Shown one piece after another: positions 1 to 9,596 of a DNA stretch of 64,000 nucleotides; the first letter of the stretch is position 1; each line of letters begins with the position of its first letter. The stretch is from an uncultured Acidimicrobiales bacterium (GTDB taxonomy: Bacteria; Actinomycetota; Acidimicrobiia; Acidimicrobiales; VFJN01), in assembly GCA_963735375.1 (NCBI GenBank), contig CAVTKS010000002.1, positions 68,569-132,568 of the forward strand, given 5' to 3'. A model generated the notes under the pieces. That model worked only from the letters and a program-made list of their open reading frames with translations, was not told the origin of the DNA and made no database searches. Position numbers and translations under genes: made by a program.

Positions 1-473
1 CCACGCCGCTGGGTGTGGGCGACGTCGTGCGCGGCGAGCTCACCTGGGCGCTCCTGCGCAGCGTGCTGCACTCGGGCGTGTTCCTGGCCACCATGTGGGC
101 GATGGGGCTGACACCGTCGGCCTGGAGCATCCTGGCCTTGCCGGGGGCCGCCCTCATCGGCTTCGGCTTCGCCGGGGCCGGGCTGGGGCTCACCACGTTC
201 ATGCGGTCGTGGTTCGACTTCGACTACGTGCAACTCGCCATCATCCCGCTGTTCCTGTTCTCGGCCACGTTCTTCCCCCTGTCCCAGTACCCCGACGCGC
301 TGGCCTGGCTCGTGCGCCTCAGCCCGCTCTACCAGGGCGTGGCCATCGAGCGCGCCCTCGTGCTGGGCGATCCGTCACCGGTGCTGCTGGTGCACGGCGC
401 CTACCTGGTGGCGATGGGGTGGGTCGGCCTCAGGCTGGCGGGGCAGCGGCTGGGGCGGATGCTCCAGCCGTGA
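1..473 (+). CDS. ABC-2 type transporter permease, C-terminal part (5' end outside window)
   Basis: Frame is open from the window edge to TGA 471-473. The translation is multi-TM (SVLHSGVFLATMWAMGL, IIPLFLFSATFFPL, SPLYQGV) and ABC-2/NodJ-DrrB-like. Confidence 0.6.
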   Translation, partial: TPLGVGDVVRGELTWALLRSVLHSGVFLATMWAMGLTPSAWSILALPGAALIGFGFAGAGLGLTTFMRSWFDFDYVQLAIIPLFLFSATFFPLSQYPDALAWLVRLSPLYQGVAIERALVLGDPSPVLLVHGAYLVAMGWVGLRLAGQRLGRMLQP

Positions 474-544
474 CAGCCGCTCATCTGGCCACGTCCCGTC
501 CCGCATACGCGGAGTGAACGGATCGGTCCGAGCGGTGGGGACGG

Positions 545-1000
545 ATGCCGGCCCGATGCGGGCTGACGGGGCAGGCTGGAGGGGTGCCCCCGTCCGACGG
601 CGACCTCACGACCCCCCGAGGCCTGACCCTGCCGTCAGCCGCGATCGACGAGCGGTTCGCCCGCGGGTCCGGTCCGGGTGGGCAGCATCGCAACGTCACG
701 GCGTCGGCGGTCGAGCTCGTCGCCGATCTCAACGCGCTCGACGGCCCCGAGGCTCGCCGGGTGCGGGCGGTGCTGGGCGAGCTGGTGCGGGTCAGATCCG
801 ACGACTCGCGCTCGCAGTGGCGCAACCGCAGCATCGCCCGCGAGCGCCTGGCCGAGCTGATCGACGAGGCCGCGGTGCCGGTCACCCCCCGCCGCCCGAC
901 CCGCCCGTCCCGGCGGGCGCGGCAACGGCGGCTCGACGACAAGGGCCGTGCCTCCGCCCGCAAGCGCGACCGCTCCTGGCGCCCGGGCGACGACGGTTGA
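545..1000 (+). CDS. arfB: Peptidyl-tRNA hydrolase ArfB-like (class I release-factor GGQ domain)
   Basis: GGQ motif (RGSGPGGQHRNV) followed by an Arg/Lys-rich C-terminal tail. About 150 aa, typical ArfB/YaeJ size. Exact start uncertain. Confidence 0.75.
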   Translation: MPARCGLTGQAGGVPPSDGDLTTPRGLTLPSAAIDERFARGSGPGGQHRNVTASAVELVADLNALDGPEARRVRAVLGELVRVRSDDSRSQWRNRSIARERLAELIDEAAVPVTPRRPTRPSRRARQRRLDDKGRASARKRDRSWRPGDDG

Positions 1001-1076
1001 CCCGACAGCCGGGCGCTGCGACCACTGGCCGCCGCCTGCTGTCGGGCGACGACGGTTGACCCGACGCAGCCGCAGG

Positions 1077-2444
1077 TCAGACGTCGAGGAGGGGGCGGAG
1101 ATGGTCGAGCAGGCCGTCGATCGGCACGCGGTCCTGGGCCATCGTGTCGCGGTCGCGCACAGTGACCGCGTGGTCGTCGAGCGAGTCGAAATCGACGGTC
1201 ACGCAGAACGGCGTGCCCAGCTCGTCCTGCCGCCGGTAGCGACGGCCGATCGCCTGGGTCTCGTCGTAGTCGCACATGAAGTGCGGCTGCAGCAGACCGA
1301 GCACCTCGTTGGCCGGAGCCTGCAGCTCGGGCTTCTTCGACAGGGGCAGCACGGCCACCTTGTAGGGCGCGATGCGCGGGTGGAACCGCAGCACGGTGCG
1401 CACCTCGCCCGCGCCCTGGCCCTCGCGGGTGACCTCTTCCTCGTCGTAGGCGGCCATCAGGAAGGCCATGGCTGTGCGGGTGGCGCCGGCGGCAGGCTCG
1501 ATGACGTGCGGGAGGTAGCGCTCGTTGGCGGCCTGGTCGAAGTACTCGAGCCGCTCGCCGGAGTGCTTCTGGTGCTGGGTGAGGTCGTAGTCGCCGCGGT
1601 TGGCGATGCCCTCGAGCTCGTCCCAGCCCCACGGGAACAGGTACTCGACGTCGCTGGTGCCCGACGAGTAGTGCGACAGCTCGTCCTCGTCATGGGCGCG
1701 GAGCCGCAGCTGGTCGGTGGGCATGCCCAGGTCGAGATACCAGTTGAGCCGCTCGCGGCACCAGTACTCGTACCACTGCCGGCTCTCGGCCGGCGGCACG
1801 AAGTACTCCATCTCCATCTGCTCGAACTCGCGCGTGCGGAAGACGAAGTTGCCCGGCGTGATCTCGTTGCGGAACGATTTGCCCACCTGGGCGATGCCGA
1901 ACGGCGGCCGCTTGCGCGACGTCTCCAGCACGTTCTTGAAGTTCACGAACATGCCCTGCGCCGTCTCCGGCCGCAGGTAGACCTCGGCGCCGGCGCCCTC
2001 GACAGGGCCGGCGTAGGTCTTGAACATCAGGTTGAACTGCCGGGCCTCGGTGAAGCTGTGCGTGGCCCCGCAGTTGGGGCACACCTCGGGGTCGTCGAGC
2101 TTGTCGAGACGGAAGCGCTCTCGACACACCCGGCAATCGACCAGCGGGTCGGTGAAGTTCTTGAGGTGGCCGGACGCCTCCCAGATGGCGGGCGGCGACA
2201 GGATGGCGGCGTCGAGGCCGACGATGTCGTGCCGGAGCTGCACCATCGACCGCCACCAGGCGTCCTTGACGTTCCGCAGCAGCAGAACGCCGACCGGCCC
2301 GTAGTCGTAGGTCGAACGGAAGCCGCCGTAGATCTCGGCCGAGGGGAACACGAAGCCCCGCCGCTTGCACAGGTTGACGACCTTGTCGAACAGTGCGGCG
2401 TCGGGCTCGGGAGCGGGCGAGGAGGGGACGGGGGCCTCGGACAT
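1077..2444 (-). CDS. glyQS: Glycine--tRNA ligase (alpha2 type)
   Basis: 455 aa from ATG at 2444 (MSEAPVP..FDKVVNLCKRRGFVFPSAEIYGG..). Class II GlyRS-like along its whole length. The 695-aa track ORF over-extends upstream of this start. Confidence 0.93.
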   Translation of the reverse strand: MSEAPVPSSPAPEPDAALFDKVVNLCKRRGFVFPSAEIYGGFRSTYDYGPVGVLLLRNVKDAWWRSMVQLRHDIVGLDAAILSPPAIWEASGHLKNFTDPLVDCRVCRERFRLDKLDDPEVCPNCGATHSFTEARQFNLMFKTYAGPVEGAGAEVYLRPETAQGMFVNFKNVLETSRKRPPFGIAQVGKSFRNEITPGNFVFRTREFEQMEMEYFVPPAESRQWYEYWCRERLNWYLDLGMPTDQLRLRAHDEDELSHYSSGTSDVEYLFPWGWDELEGIANRGDYDLTQHQKHSGERLEYFDQAANERYLPHVIEPAAGATRTAMAFLMAAYDEEEVTREGQGAGEVRTVLRFHPRIAPYKVAVLPLSKKPELQAPANEVLGLLQPHFMCDYDETQAIGRRYRRQDELGTPFCVTVDFDSLDDHAVTVRDRDTMAQDRVPIDGLLDHLRPLLDV

Positions 2445-2594
2445 GGCCGCCCAGTGTACGGACCGTGGTCGACAGGCCCGAACTGGTTCGGAGATGGCAC
2501 GGCCGTGCACGACGGTGGGTGGAGCGGGTGGTAGAACGAGCGGCGTGAGCGAGCGCAGCGAGCGAACCATGGGCACAGTGCGAAGGGTGCACCG

Positions 2595-3887
2595 ATGAGC
2601 GTGTACCAGTACCCCGCACCGGCGTCGCCGTATGCCCCGGCGGCACCAGCCGACCCGACTGCCGTCATGGGTCGCCGCATCGGCGGGTGGGTGATCGACT
2701 TCCTGATCTACACGCTGATCATGGCGTTCGTGACGGCCACTCCGCTCAGCCCCATCGCCGAGTACGTCGACCAGAACGAGAACCCGGGCGTCACGTGCGA
2801 CGAGGTGCAGGACCTCAACGACGTGTCGAGCTGTGTCGACATCGGAGATCGCCTGTACTTCACCGACAGCGGCGACGTGTGGATACAGCTCCTCACCGTC
2901 GTCGCGTTCGTGCTGCTCTACTCCCTTCTCCAGGGCGCCACGGGCGTCACCCCCGGGAAGGCGGCGTTCGGCGTCAAGGTCGTCAACGAGCAGGGGCAAC
3001 GCCCCGGCTTCGGCAAGTCGTTGGTGCGGACGGTCCTGTGGGCGGTCGACCTCGCGCCATGGTGCATCCCCGGGCTCGTCGGCCTCATCACAGGCCTCAC
3101 CACCAAGGGCCACCGCCGCGTCGGCGACATGGCCGCCAAGACGTTCGTGGTGGGCAAGGCCCACACCGGCCCGGTCGTCGTGCCCGGCCTGGCCACAGCC
3201 GCGACCGGCGGCTACCCGGGTGGACCCGGCGCCTACGGCGCGCCCGGCCAGCCGTGGGGCGGTCCCCCGCCGGGCGGCGCCGCCGGTCCACCGACGGCAT
3301 GGGGCGGGCCCCCGCAGCCGCAGCAGCCCCAGCAGGGTGCCTGGGGTACCCCGCCCGGTGGCGCATACCCGCCGGGCGGTACGTCGGGCCCCCCTGTCAC
3401 GGGTCCGTCCGTCGCTGGTTACCCCGCCCCGGGGACGACGCCAGGTGGTCCGCCCTCAGGCGAGCATCGGCCCGCACCTCCCAGTGGCTGGGCGGCACCC
3501 GGTGGCGAATCGCCGGCACCCGGCACACCCACCTCGACGCCGACCGATCGACCGTCTCCCACCCCTGGCGGGCCGTCGTCCGCGACCCCCGGCACCACCG
3601 CGCCCGGCGGATCCGACGCGGCGGCGCAGCCGTCGTCACCGTCCGACACGCCGTCTGCAGCGGGCGCACCGTCCAGGCCGGAGCCCTCACCGGGCGCGCC
3701 CTCCACAAGCGGCACTCCCGCGTCGTCCGCAGCGGGGCCGGGCACCCCGGCGAGCGGGTCCCAGGCGGCGCCGAGCGGGTACAACCCGCAGTGGGATGCC
3801 GCGCGCGGCACCTACATCGTGTGGGAGCCCAACCGGGGCAAGTGGCTGGGCTGGGACGAGGCGGCCCAAGAGTGGAAGCCGCTGTGA
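2595..3887 (+). CDS. RDD family membrane protein with long Pro/Gly/Ser-rich C-terminal tail
   Basis: N-terminal RDD-like TM domain (GRRIGGWVIDFLIY .. HRRVGDMAAKTFVV). This is followed by about 230 aa of low-complexity P/G/S/T/A sequence ending in a short W-rich segment. Confidence 0.7.
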   Translation: MSVYQYPAPASPYAPAAPADPTAVMGRRIGGWVIDFLIYTLIMAFVTATPLSPIAEYVDQNENPGVTCDEVQDLNDVSSCVDIGDRLYFTDSGDVWIQLLTVVAFVLLYSLLQGATGVTPGKAAFGVKVVNEQGQRPGFGKSLVRTVLWAVDLAPWCIPGLVGLITGLTTKGHRRVGDMAAKTFVVGKAHTGPVVVPGLATAATGGYPGGPGAYGAPGQPWGGPPPGGAAGPPTAWGGPPQPQQPQQGAWGTPPGGAYPPGGTSGPPVTGPSVAGYPAPGTTPGGPPSGEHRPAPPSGWAAPGGESPAPGTPTSTPTDRPSPTPGGPSSATPGTTAPGGSDAAAQPSSPSDTPSAAGAPSRPEPSPGAPSTSGTPASSAAGPGTPASGSQAAPSGYNPQWDAARGTYIVWEPNRGKWLGWDEAAQEWKPL

Positions 3888-3918
3888 CCCACGGGATGGC
3901 CACCGTCGGCGGCTGAGA

Positions 3919-4638
3919 TCACCCGCGGTGCAGGGCGCTGACCGACCGCAGGCGCCGCTCGACGTGGTGCTCGAACGCCCGCACGACCAGGTGATCCACC
4001 TCTGACACGACCGGCCCGCGGGTCTCGTTGAGCGCGGTGCCCAGCCGGCCGCCGAGAATGTGCTGCAGCACGGCCACCGCGTCGGGGCTGACCGCCGGGC
4101 CCTGCCGGTGGGTGCTGCAGCGCAGGCCGCCCTCCTCCAGCGCCCACGACACGAGCGGGCCCTCGCTGTCGCATGCGACGCACGCCTCGACCTGGGGACG
4201 GAACCCCTCGAGCGCCAGCGCCTTGAGGAAGAACCCCGGCACGACCAGGGGCGCGTCCTGGGTGGCGAGCGTGCGCAGCGCGCCCACCAGCATCTCGTAC
4301 AGGCGGGCATTGGGCTCGCGCTCGAGGGCGAGCTGGTCGGCCGCCTCGAGCATGGCGATCGCCCGCCCCAGGCGGTCGTAGTCGTCGCGCAGTGGCCGGA
4401 AGTGGTCGAGCGTCTCGGCCTGGGACACGATGTCGAGGTCGCTGCGCCCCTCGTAGAGCAGCAGGTCGACGTGGCTGGTGGGCTCGAGGCGGCCGCCGAA
4501 GCGGCTCTTGGTCTTGCGGACGCCCTTGGCGACAGCTCGCACCTTGCCGTGGCCCCGGGTGAGGAACGTGACGATGCGGTCGGCCTCGCCGAGCTTGTAC
4601 GTGCGCAGGACCACGCCGCGGTCGTGGTACAGCGGCAC
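3919..4638 (-). CDS. recO: DNA repair protein RecO
   Basis: MPLYHDRGVVLRTYKLGEADRIVTFLTR.. OB-fold N-terminus and a Cys cluster (CVACDS..C). 239 aa. Confidence 0.9.
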   Translation of the reverse strand: MPLYHDRGVVLRTYKLGEADRIVTFLTRGHGKVRAVAKGVRKTKSRFGGRLEPTSHVDLLLYEGRSDLDIVSQAETLDHFRPLRDDYDRLGRAIAMLEAADQLALEREPNARLYEMLVGALRTLATQDAPLVVPGFFLKALALEGFRPQVEACVACDSEGPLVSWALEEGGLRCSTHRQGPAVSPDAVAVLQHILGGRLGTALNETRGPVVSEVDHLVVRAFEHHVERRLRSVSALHRG

Positions 4639-4645
4639 GGCGGCC

Positions 4646-5377
4646 TCAGGTCGTCCCGCTCGTCTGCACGCCGCCGAAGCGACGGTCGCGGTTCTGGAAC
4701 TCGCGCACGGCGTCGAACAGGTGCTCGCGGCGGAAGTCGGGCCACAGCACGTCGGTGAACACGAGCTCGCTGTAGGCCAGCTCCCACAGCAGGAAGTTGG
4801 AGATGCGGTACTCGCCCGAGGTGCGCACCACGAGGTCGGGATCGGGCATGTCGGGGGCGTACAGGTACTGGCGGAGCCGCTTCTCGGTGATCTTGTCGGC
4901 CGATGTGCCCGCCTCGACCATGGCCCGCACGGCGTCGATGATCTCGGCCCGGCCGCCGTAGTTGAAGGCCAAGGTCAGCGTGAGGCGCCGGTTGCCCTGC
5001 GTCAGCTCGACGGCCTCGTCGATGCGACGCAGGACACGGCGCGGCACACGCCAGTCGCGCCGGCCGATGAAGCGCACCCGCACACCCTTGGCGTGCAGCT
5101 CGTCGCGCCGGCGCACCAGCAGCGACTCGTTGAACCCCATGAGGAAGCGCACCTCGTCGACGGGACGACGCCAGTTCTCGGTCGAGAACGCGTACACGGT
5201 GAGCCACCGGCTACCGAGCTCGAGCGCGCCGTCGACGGTGTCGACCAACGCCTCCTCGCCGGCGGCGTGACCCTCGGTGCGGGGCAGGCCCCGGCGCTCG
5301 GCCCACCGTCCGTTGCCGTCCATCACGCAGGCGACGTGGACGGGGATGCGCTGGGGATCGATGCCGTCGGGGATCAC
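4646..5377 (-). CDS. uppS: Isoprenyl transferase (undecaprenyl/decaprenyl diphosphate synthase family)
   Basis: DGNGRWA and RTSGEYRISNFLLWELAYSE motifs. 243 aa. Lies 7 nt upstream of recO on the same strand. Confidence 0.92.
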   Translation of the reverse strand: MIPDGIDPQRIPVHVACVMDGNGRWAERRGLPRTEGHAAGEEALVDTVDGALELGSRWLTVYAFSTENWRRPVDEVRFLMGFNESLLVRRRDELHAKGVRVRFIGRRDWRVPRRVLRRIDEAVELTQGNRRLTLTLAFNYGGRAEIIDAVRAMVEAGTSADKITEKRLRQYLYAPDMPDPDLVVRTSGEYRISNFLLWELAYSELVFTDVLWPDFRREHLFDAVREFQNRDRRFGGVQTSGTT

Positions 5378-5411
5378 CTGCGCAAACTACCCGCTACGGG
5401 GTAGACGGTAG

Positions 5412-6419
5412 GTGTGCCGCCAGACCTCCTGGCGGCCCCAGCGACGAGGAGCCACCGTGCTCGACCGGCTGCGTGAACGATTCCCGTGGCTCGGCACACC
5501 CCTTGCCGTCCACCGGCGTGTCTCCGACGTCGGTGGCGGCCCGTTGGCGTCGTCGATCGCCCTGGCGGGCTTCCTGTCGCTGTTCCCCCTGCTGCTCGTG
5601 GCCATCGCCGTGCTGGGCGCCCTGTCGGCGAACGACACCGACTTCGCGTCGGAGGTCGTTGACCAGCTCGGGTTCACGGGCGCGGCCGCCGACCAGGTGC
5701 GCGAGGTGTTGACCAACGCCGAGGACAGTCGGCGAACGGCGTCCGTGGTGGGGGTGGCGGGCCTGCTCTGGGCGGGCCTGGGCGTGGTGGGCACGCTCGA
5801 GCAGGCCCTGAACGCCACCTGGCAGGTCCGCGGGCGCCCGGGGTGGAAGGCCAAGCTGGTCGACCTCGGGTGGCTCGCCGGGGCCGGCGTGCTGTTCTTC
5901 GCGTCGATGGCGCTCACGCCGGCGGCGACTGCGCTCCCCGGACCGGCGGTCGTCCCCACCCTGCTGCTCGGGCTGGTGCTCGACACCGTGCTGTTCCTCT
6001 GGATGTTCCGGGCGCTGACCGCCGTCGCCGTCCCCTGGTCGGACCACCTGCCGGGCGCGATCGTCGGCGGCGTGGGGCTCGAGGTCCTCAAGCTGGTCGG
6101 CGGCGTGTACGTGCCGCGGGTGGTCAGCTCGGCGTCGGCGCTCTACGGGTCGCTCGGCGTCGTGTTCGCCATCCTCGCCTGGCTGGCCCTGTCGGCCCGA
6201 CTCGTGGTGTACGCCTCGGCGTTCAACGTCGTGCGCCATGAGCAACGCCACGGCACGGTCACCGTCGAGATCAAGGTCCCCCACATCGAGGGCGAGGTGC
6301 CGGTCACGGCCAATCGCGGCGGCGCCGTCGCCGAGGCCGAGGACGCGGACCAAGCCTCGGACGAGGCCGTGGACCAAGCCGAGGACCAGGCCGAGGACGA
6401 GGAACCGAAAGTGTCATAG
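5412..6419 (+). CDS. YihY/BrkB (RNase BN-like) family membrane protein
   Basis: Multi-TM pattern with GGPLASSIALAGFLSLFPLLLV.. and YGSLGVVFAILAWLALSARLVVY. Acidic tail. Start could be a few codons downstream. Confidence 0.75.
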   Translation: MCRQTSWRPQRRGATVLDRLRERFPWLGTPLAVHRRVSDVGGGPLASSIALAGFLSLFPLLLVAIAVLGALSANDTDFASEVVDQLGFTGAAADQVREVLTNAEDSRRTASVVGVAGLLWAGLGVVGTLEQALNATWQVRGRPGWKAKLVDLGWLAGAGVLFFASMALTPAATALPGPAVVPTLLLGLVLDTVLFLWMFRALTAVAVPWSDHLPGAIVGGVGLEVLKLVGGVYVPRVVSSASALYGSLGVVFAILAWLALSARLVVYASAFNVVRHEQRHGTVTVEIKVPHIEGEVPVTANRGGAVAEAEDADQASDEAVDQAEDQAEDEEPKVS

Positions 6420-6439
6420 GGCGTGCATAGCCTGGGCCT

Positions 6440-9400
6440 GTGCCCATCGAGGTCGTCTCCACCCCGTACGGCCGCCCGGCGCTCGCGGCGCTGCGCGACG
6501 CCGTGGCCGCCGCCAAGGGCGGTGACGCGCTCGCGCCCGTCACCGTGGTGGTGCCCAGCAACCACGTCGGGGTCACGGCGCGGCGGCTGCTCGCCGGTGG
6601 CCGGCTCGGGGCTGTCGCCTCGGCCGGGGTGGGCATCGCCGCGGTCGGTTTCCTCACCGCCTACCGGGCTGGCCGAGCTGCTCGGCGCGGGGGCGCTCGC
6701 AGCCGCGGGTCGGCGGCCGGCCTCCACACCCGTCATCGCGGCCGCCCTACGCAGGGCCCTCGCCGACGACCCTGGCGTGTTCGGCCCGGTCGCCGGGCAT
6801 CCGGCCACCGAGACGGCGCTGGTCGCCACGTTCACCGAGCTCTCCGACGTCTCGGCGCAGGGACTGGCCGCATTGTCGACCGCCGGGCGCCGTGCGCACG
6901 ATGTCGTCCGCATCTGCCGTCGGGCGCGCGAGCTGCTGGCACCCGACTGGTACGACGAGGCCGACCTCACGGCCGCGGCCGTCGACCAGGTCACGGCTGC
7001 GGATGCCGGTCGGCTCGCCGCCGACCTGGGTCACGTCGTGGTGCACCTGCCCCAGGACCTGCTCCAGCGCCAGGCCGAGCTCCTCGCCACGTTGGCCGGT
7101 CGCCTGCCGACGACGGTCGTCGTCGGGCTGACGGGCCACCCCGACGCCGATGCCGGTGTCCTCCGGTCGCTGGCACGGCTGCGCATCGACGCACCGGCCG
7201 CCACGGCGCCGCTCCCGGGCGACGCCGGGCCGGCGCTCCCCGTGTCGGCGGACACCACTCACGTCGTCACCGCGTCCGACGCCGACGACGAGGTGCGGGC
7301 CGCGGTGCGCCGTGTCATCGACGCCGTGCGCGCGGGCACGCCGCTCGAGCGCATCGGCATCCTGTTCGCAGCGCCCCGGCCCTACGGGCGGCTCGTGCAC
7401 GAGCACCTTGCGGCGGCGGGCATCGCTCGCAACGGGGCGGCCGTGCGTCCGCTGGCAGCCAGCGCGCTCGGCCGTACGGTGCTCGACCTGCTGGCACTGG
7501 CCGACCACGACTTCCGCCGCGCCGACGTGCTCGGCCTGCTGGCACGGGCTACCGATGGGCCCACATCCGCCCCCACCGCCGCATGGGAGCGCATCTCGCG
7601 CCGTGCGGGCGTGGTTGCCGGCCGGTCCGACTGGGACAACCTGCTCGCCCGCACGGCCGACCAGTACGCCCGCCACGCCGAGAGCCTCGACGCCGGCGGC
7701 GGCGACCGCGACGAGGGCGCCGCCCGCCACGCTCGTCGTCAGGCCGAGCGGGCGCGCCGCCTGCGCACGCTCGTGCTCTCGATCATCGACGGTGTCGGCG
7801 AGGCCCGGGCCCGCCCGGCACCGTGGGCCGAGCGGGTGCCGTGGCTCCGCTCGCTCGTCGACAGTGTCACCGGCGGCGCCCGAGCACGCGAGGGGTGGCC
7901 GGCCGACGAGGTCCGGGCCGCCGACAAGATCGAGTCTGCGCTCGACAGGCTCTCGGCGCTCGACGGAATCGGCGGGCCGGCGGCGCTCGACGTGTTCCGC
8001 CGCACCCTCGAGATCGAACTCGATGCCGACATCGGCCGCGTCGGCCGGTTCGGCGAGGGCGTGCTGGTCGGCCCCCTGTCGTTCGCGGTGGGCCTCGACC
8101 TCGACCTGGTCGTCGTGCTCGGCATGGCCGAGGGCACGCTGCCCGCCCCGGTGCGCGACGACGCGCTGCTGCCCGATGCCGAGCGCCGACGCGCCGACGG
8201 CCAGCTCGACCTGCGCCGCGAGCGCGTCGGGCGCGACCACCGCCGGGTGCTGGCCGCGCTCGCCGCCGCCGGCCGTCACGTCCTGTGCCTGCCCCGCGGC
8301 GACCTGCGCGCCAGCAGCGAGCGGGTGCCGTCGCGCTGGTTGGCCGACGTGGCCAGCGCCCTCGAGGGCGAGCGGGTGCCGACCGACGCGATCGTCGCCC
8401 GGCCTGCTGCGTGGCTGGACGGCATCCCGTCGTTCGCGCACGCGATCCAGCACTGCGCCTTCCCCGCCACCGAGCAGGAGTACCGGCTGCGCGCCGGCGG
8501 CCGCCGGGCGGCCGACGCGCTCACCGTCCGGGGCGCGGCGGTCATCCAGGCCCGGCGCAGCCACGCCTTCACCCGCTTCGACGGCAACCTGGCGGGGGTC
8601 GGGGTGCCCTCGCCGCACGAGATGGTCGTGTCGTCGACCCGGCTCGAGGGCTGGGCCAAATGCCCGTTCGCGTACTTCGGCCAGCGCCTGCTGGAGATCG
8701 AGCCCATCGACGACCCCGAGCAGCAGCTCGAGATGTCGCCGCTCGACCGGGGCAGCCTCATCCACCAGGTGCTCGAACAGTTCATCGCCGAGGTGCTCGT
8801 CCGGCCGCCCGAGCGCCAGCCGGGCCCCGACGACCCGTGGACCGACGACGACCACGCGCTGATCCGTCGCATCGCCGAGCAGCTGTGCGCCGACTACGAG
8901 ACGAGGGGCCTGACCGGCCGGCCGGTGTTCTGGCGCCGCGACCGGGCGCAGATCGTGGCGCTCGCGAGCCGATTCCTCCTCGACGACGACGTCAAACGGC
9001 GCGATGCACGTACCCGCCCGCTGGCGGCCGAGCACGGCTTCGGCTTCGGCGACGCAGCCGACGCGGTGGAGATCACGCTCGACGACGGCCGGCCCCTGCG
9101 GTTCCGTGGCTCGGCCGACCGCATCGACGCGGCGGCCGACGAGGCGCTGGTGGTGCTCGACTACAAGACAGGCAGGGCCAACGATTACAACCGCCTCAGC
9201 GTCGACAACCCCGACGAGCGGGGCACGAAGCTGCAGCTCGTCGTCTACGCGCAGGCGGCCCGAGCTTTCGTGGGACGGCCCGACGCCCCGGTCACGTCCG
9301 AGTACTGGTTCGTCTCCGAGCGTGGCGGGTTCTCCCGCAAGGGCTACCCGGTCGACGACCAGGTGCTCGCCCACGTCACCACCACGCTCGGCACCATCGT

Positions 9401-9596
9401 CGACGGCATCGAACGGGGGGCATTTCCGCACCACCCGGTCGAGTCGTTCGGGCCCTTCGTCGCGTGCCGCTACTGCGATCCTGACGGCATGGGCGTCGCC
9501 GACCTGCGGCGCGACTGGGAGCGCAAGCGCGACGACCCCGCGGTGGCGCCGTACGCCCAGCTGGCCGAGCCAGTGGACGAGGCGGCGGCGCCGTGA
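6440..9596 (+). CDS. AdnA/AddB-like helicase-nuclease subunit (PD-(D/E)XK nuclease family), apparent +1 frameshift near 6666-6668
   Basis: The N-terminus (MPIEVVSTPYGRPALAALRD..GFLTAYR) is in the 6440 frame. The rest (LAELLGAGAL.. to VVLDYKTGR nuclease motif and CRYC tail) is in the 6423 frame. The join falls at a GGG run. The stop overlaps the next gene's start (GTGA). Confidence 0.7.

Noticed and set aside
948-2534. 528-aa plus-strand ORF
   Set aside because: Antisense to glyQS. The translation is Arg/Val/Gly/Leu/His-rich and not protein-like. This is a typical high-GC shadow ORF.
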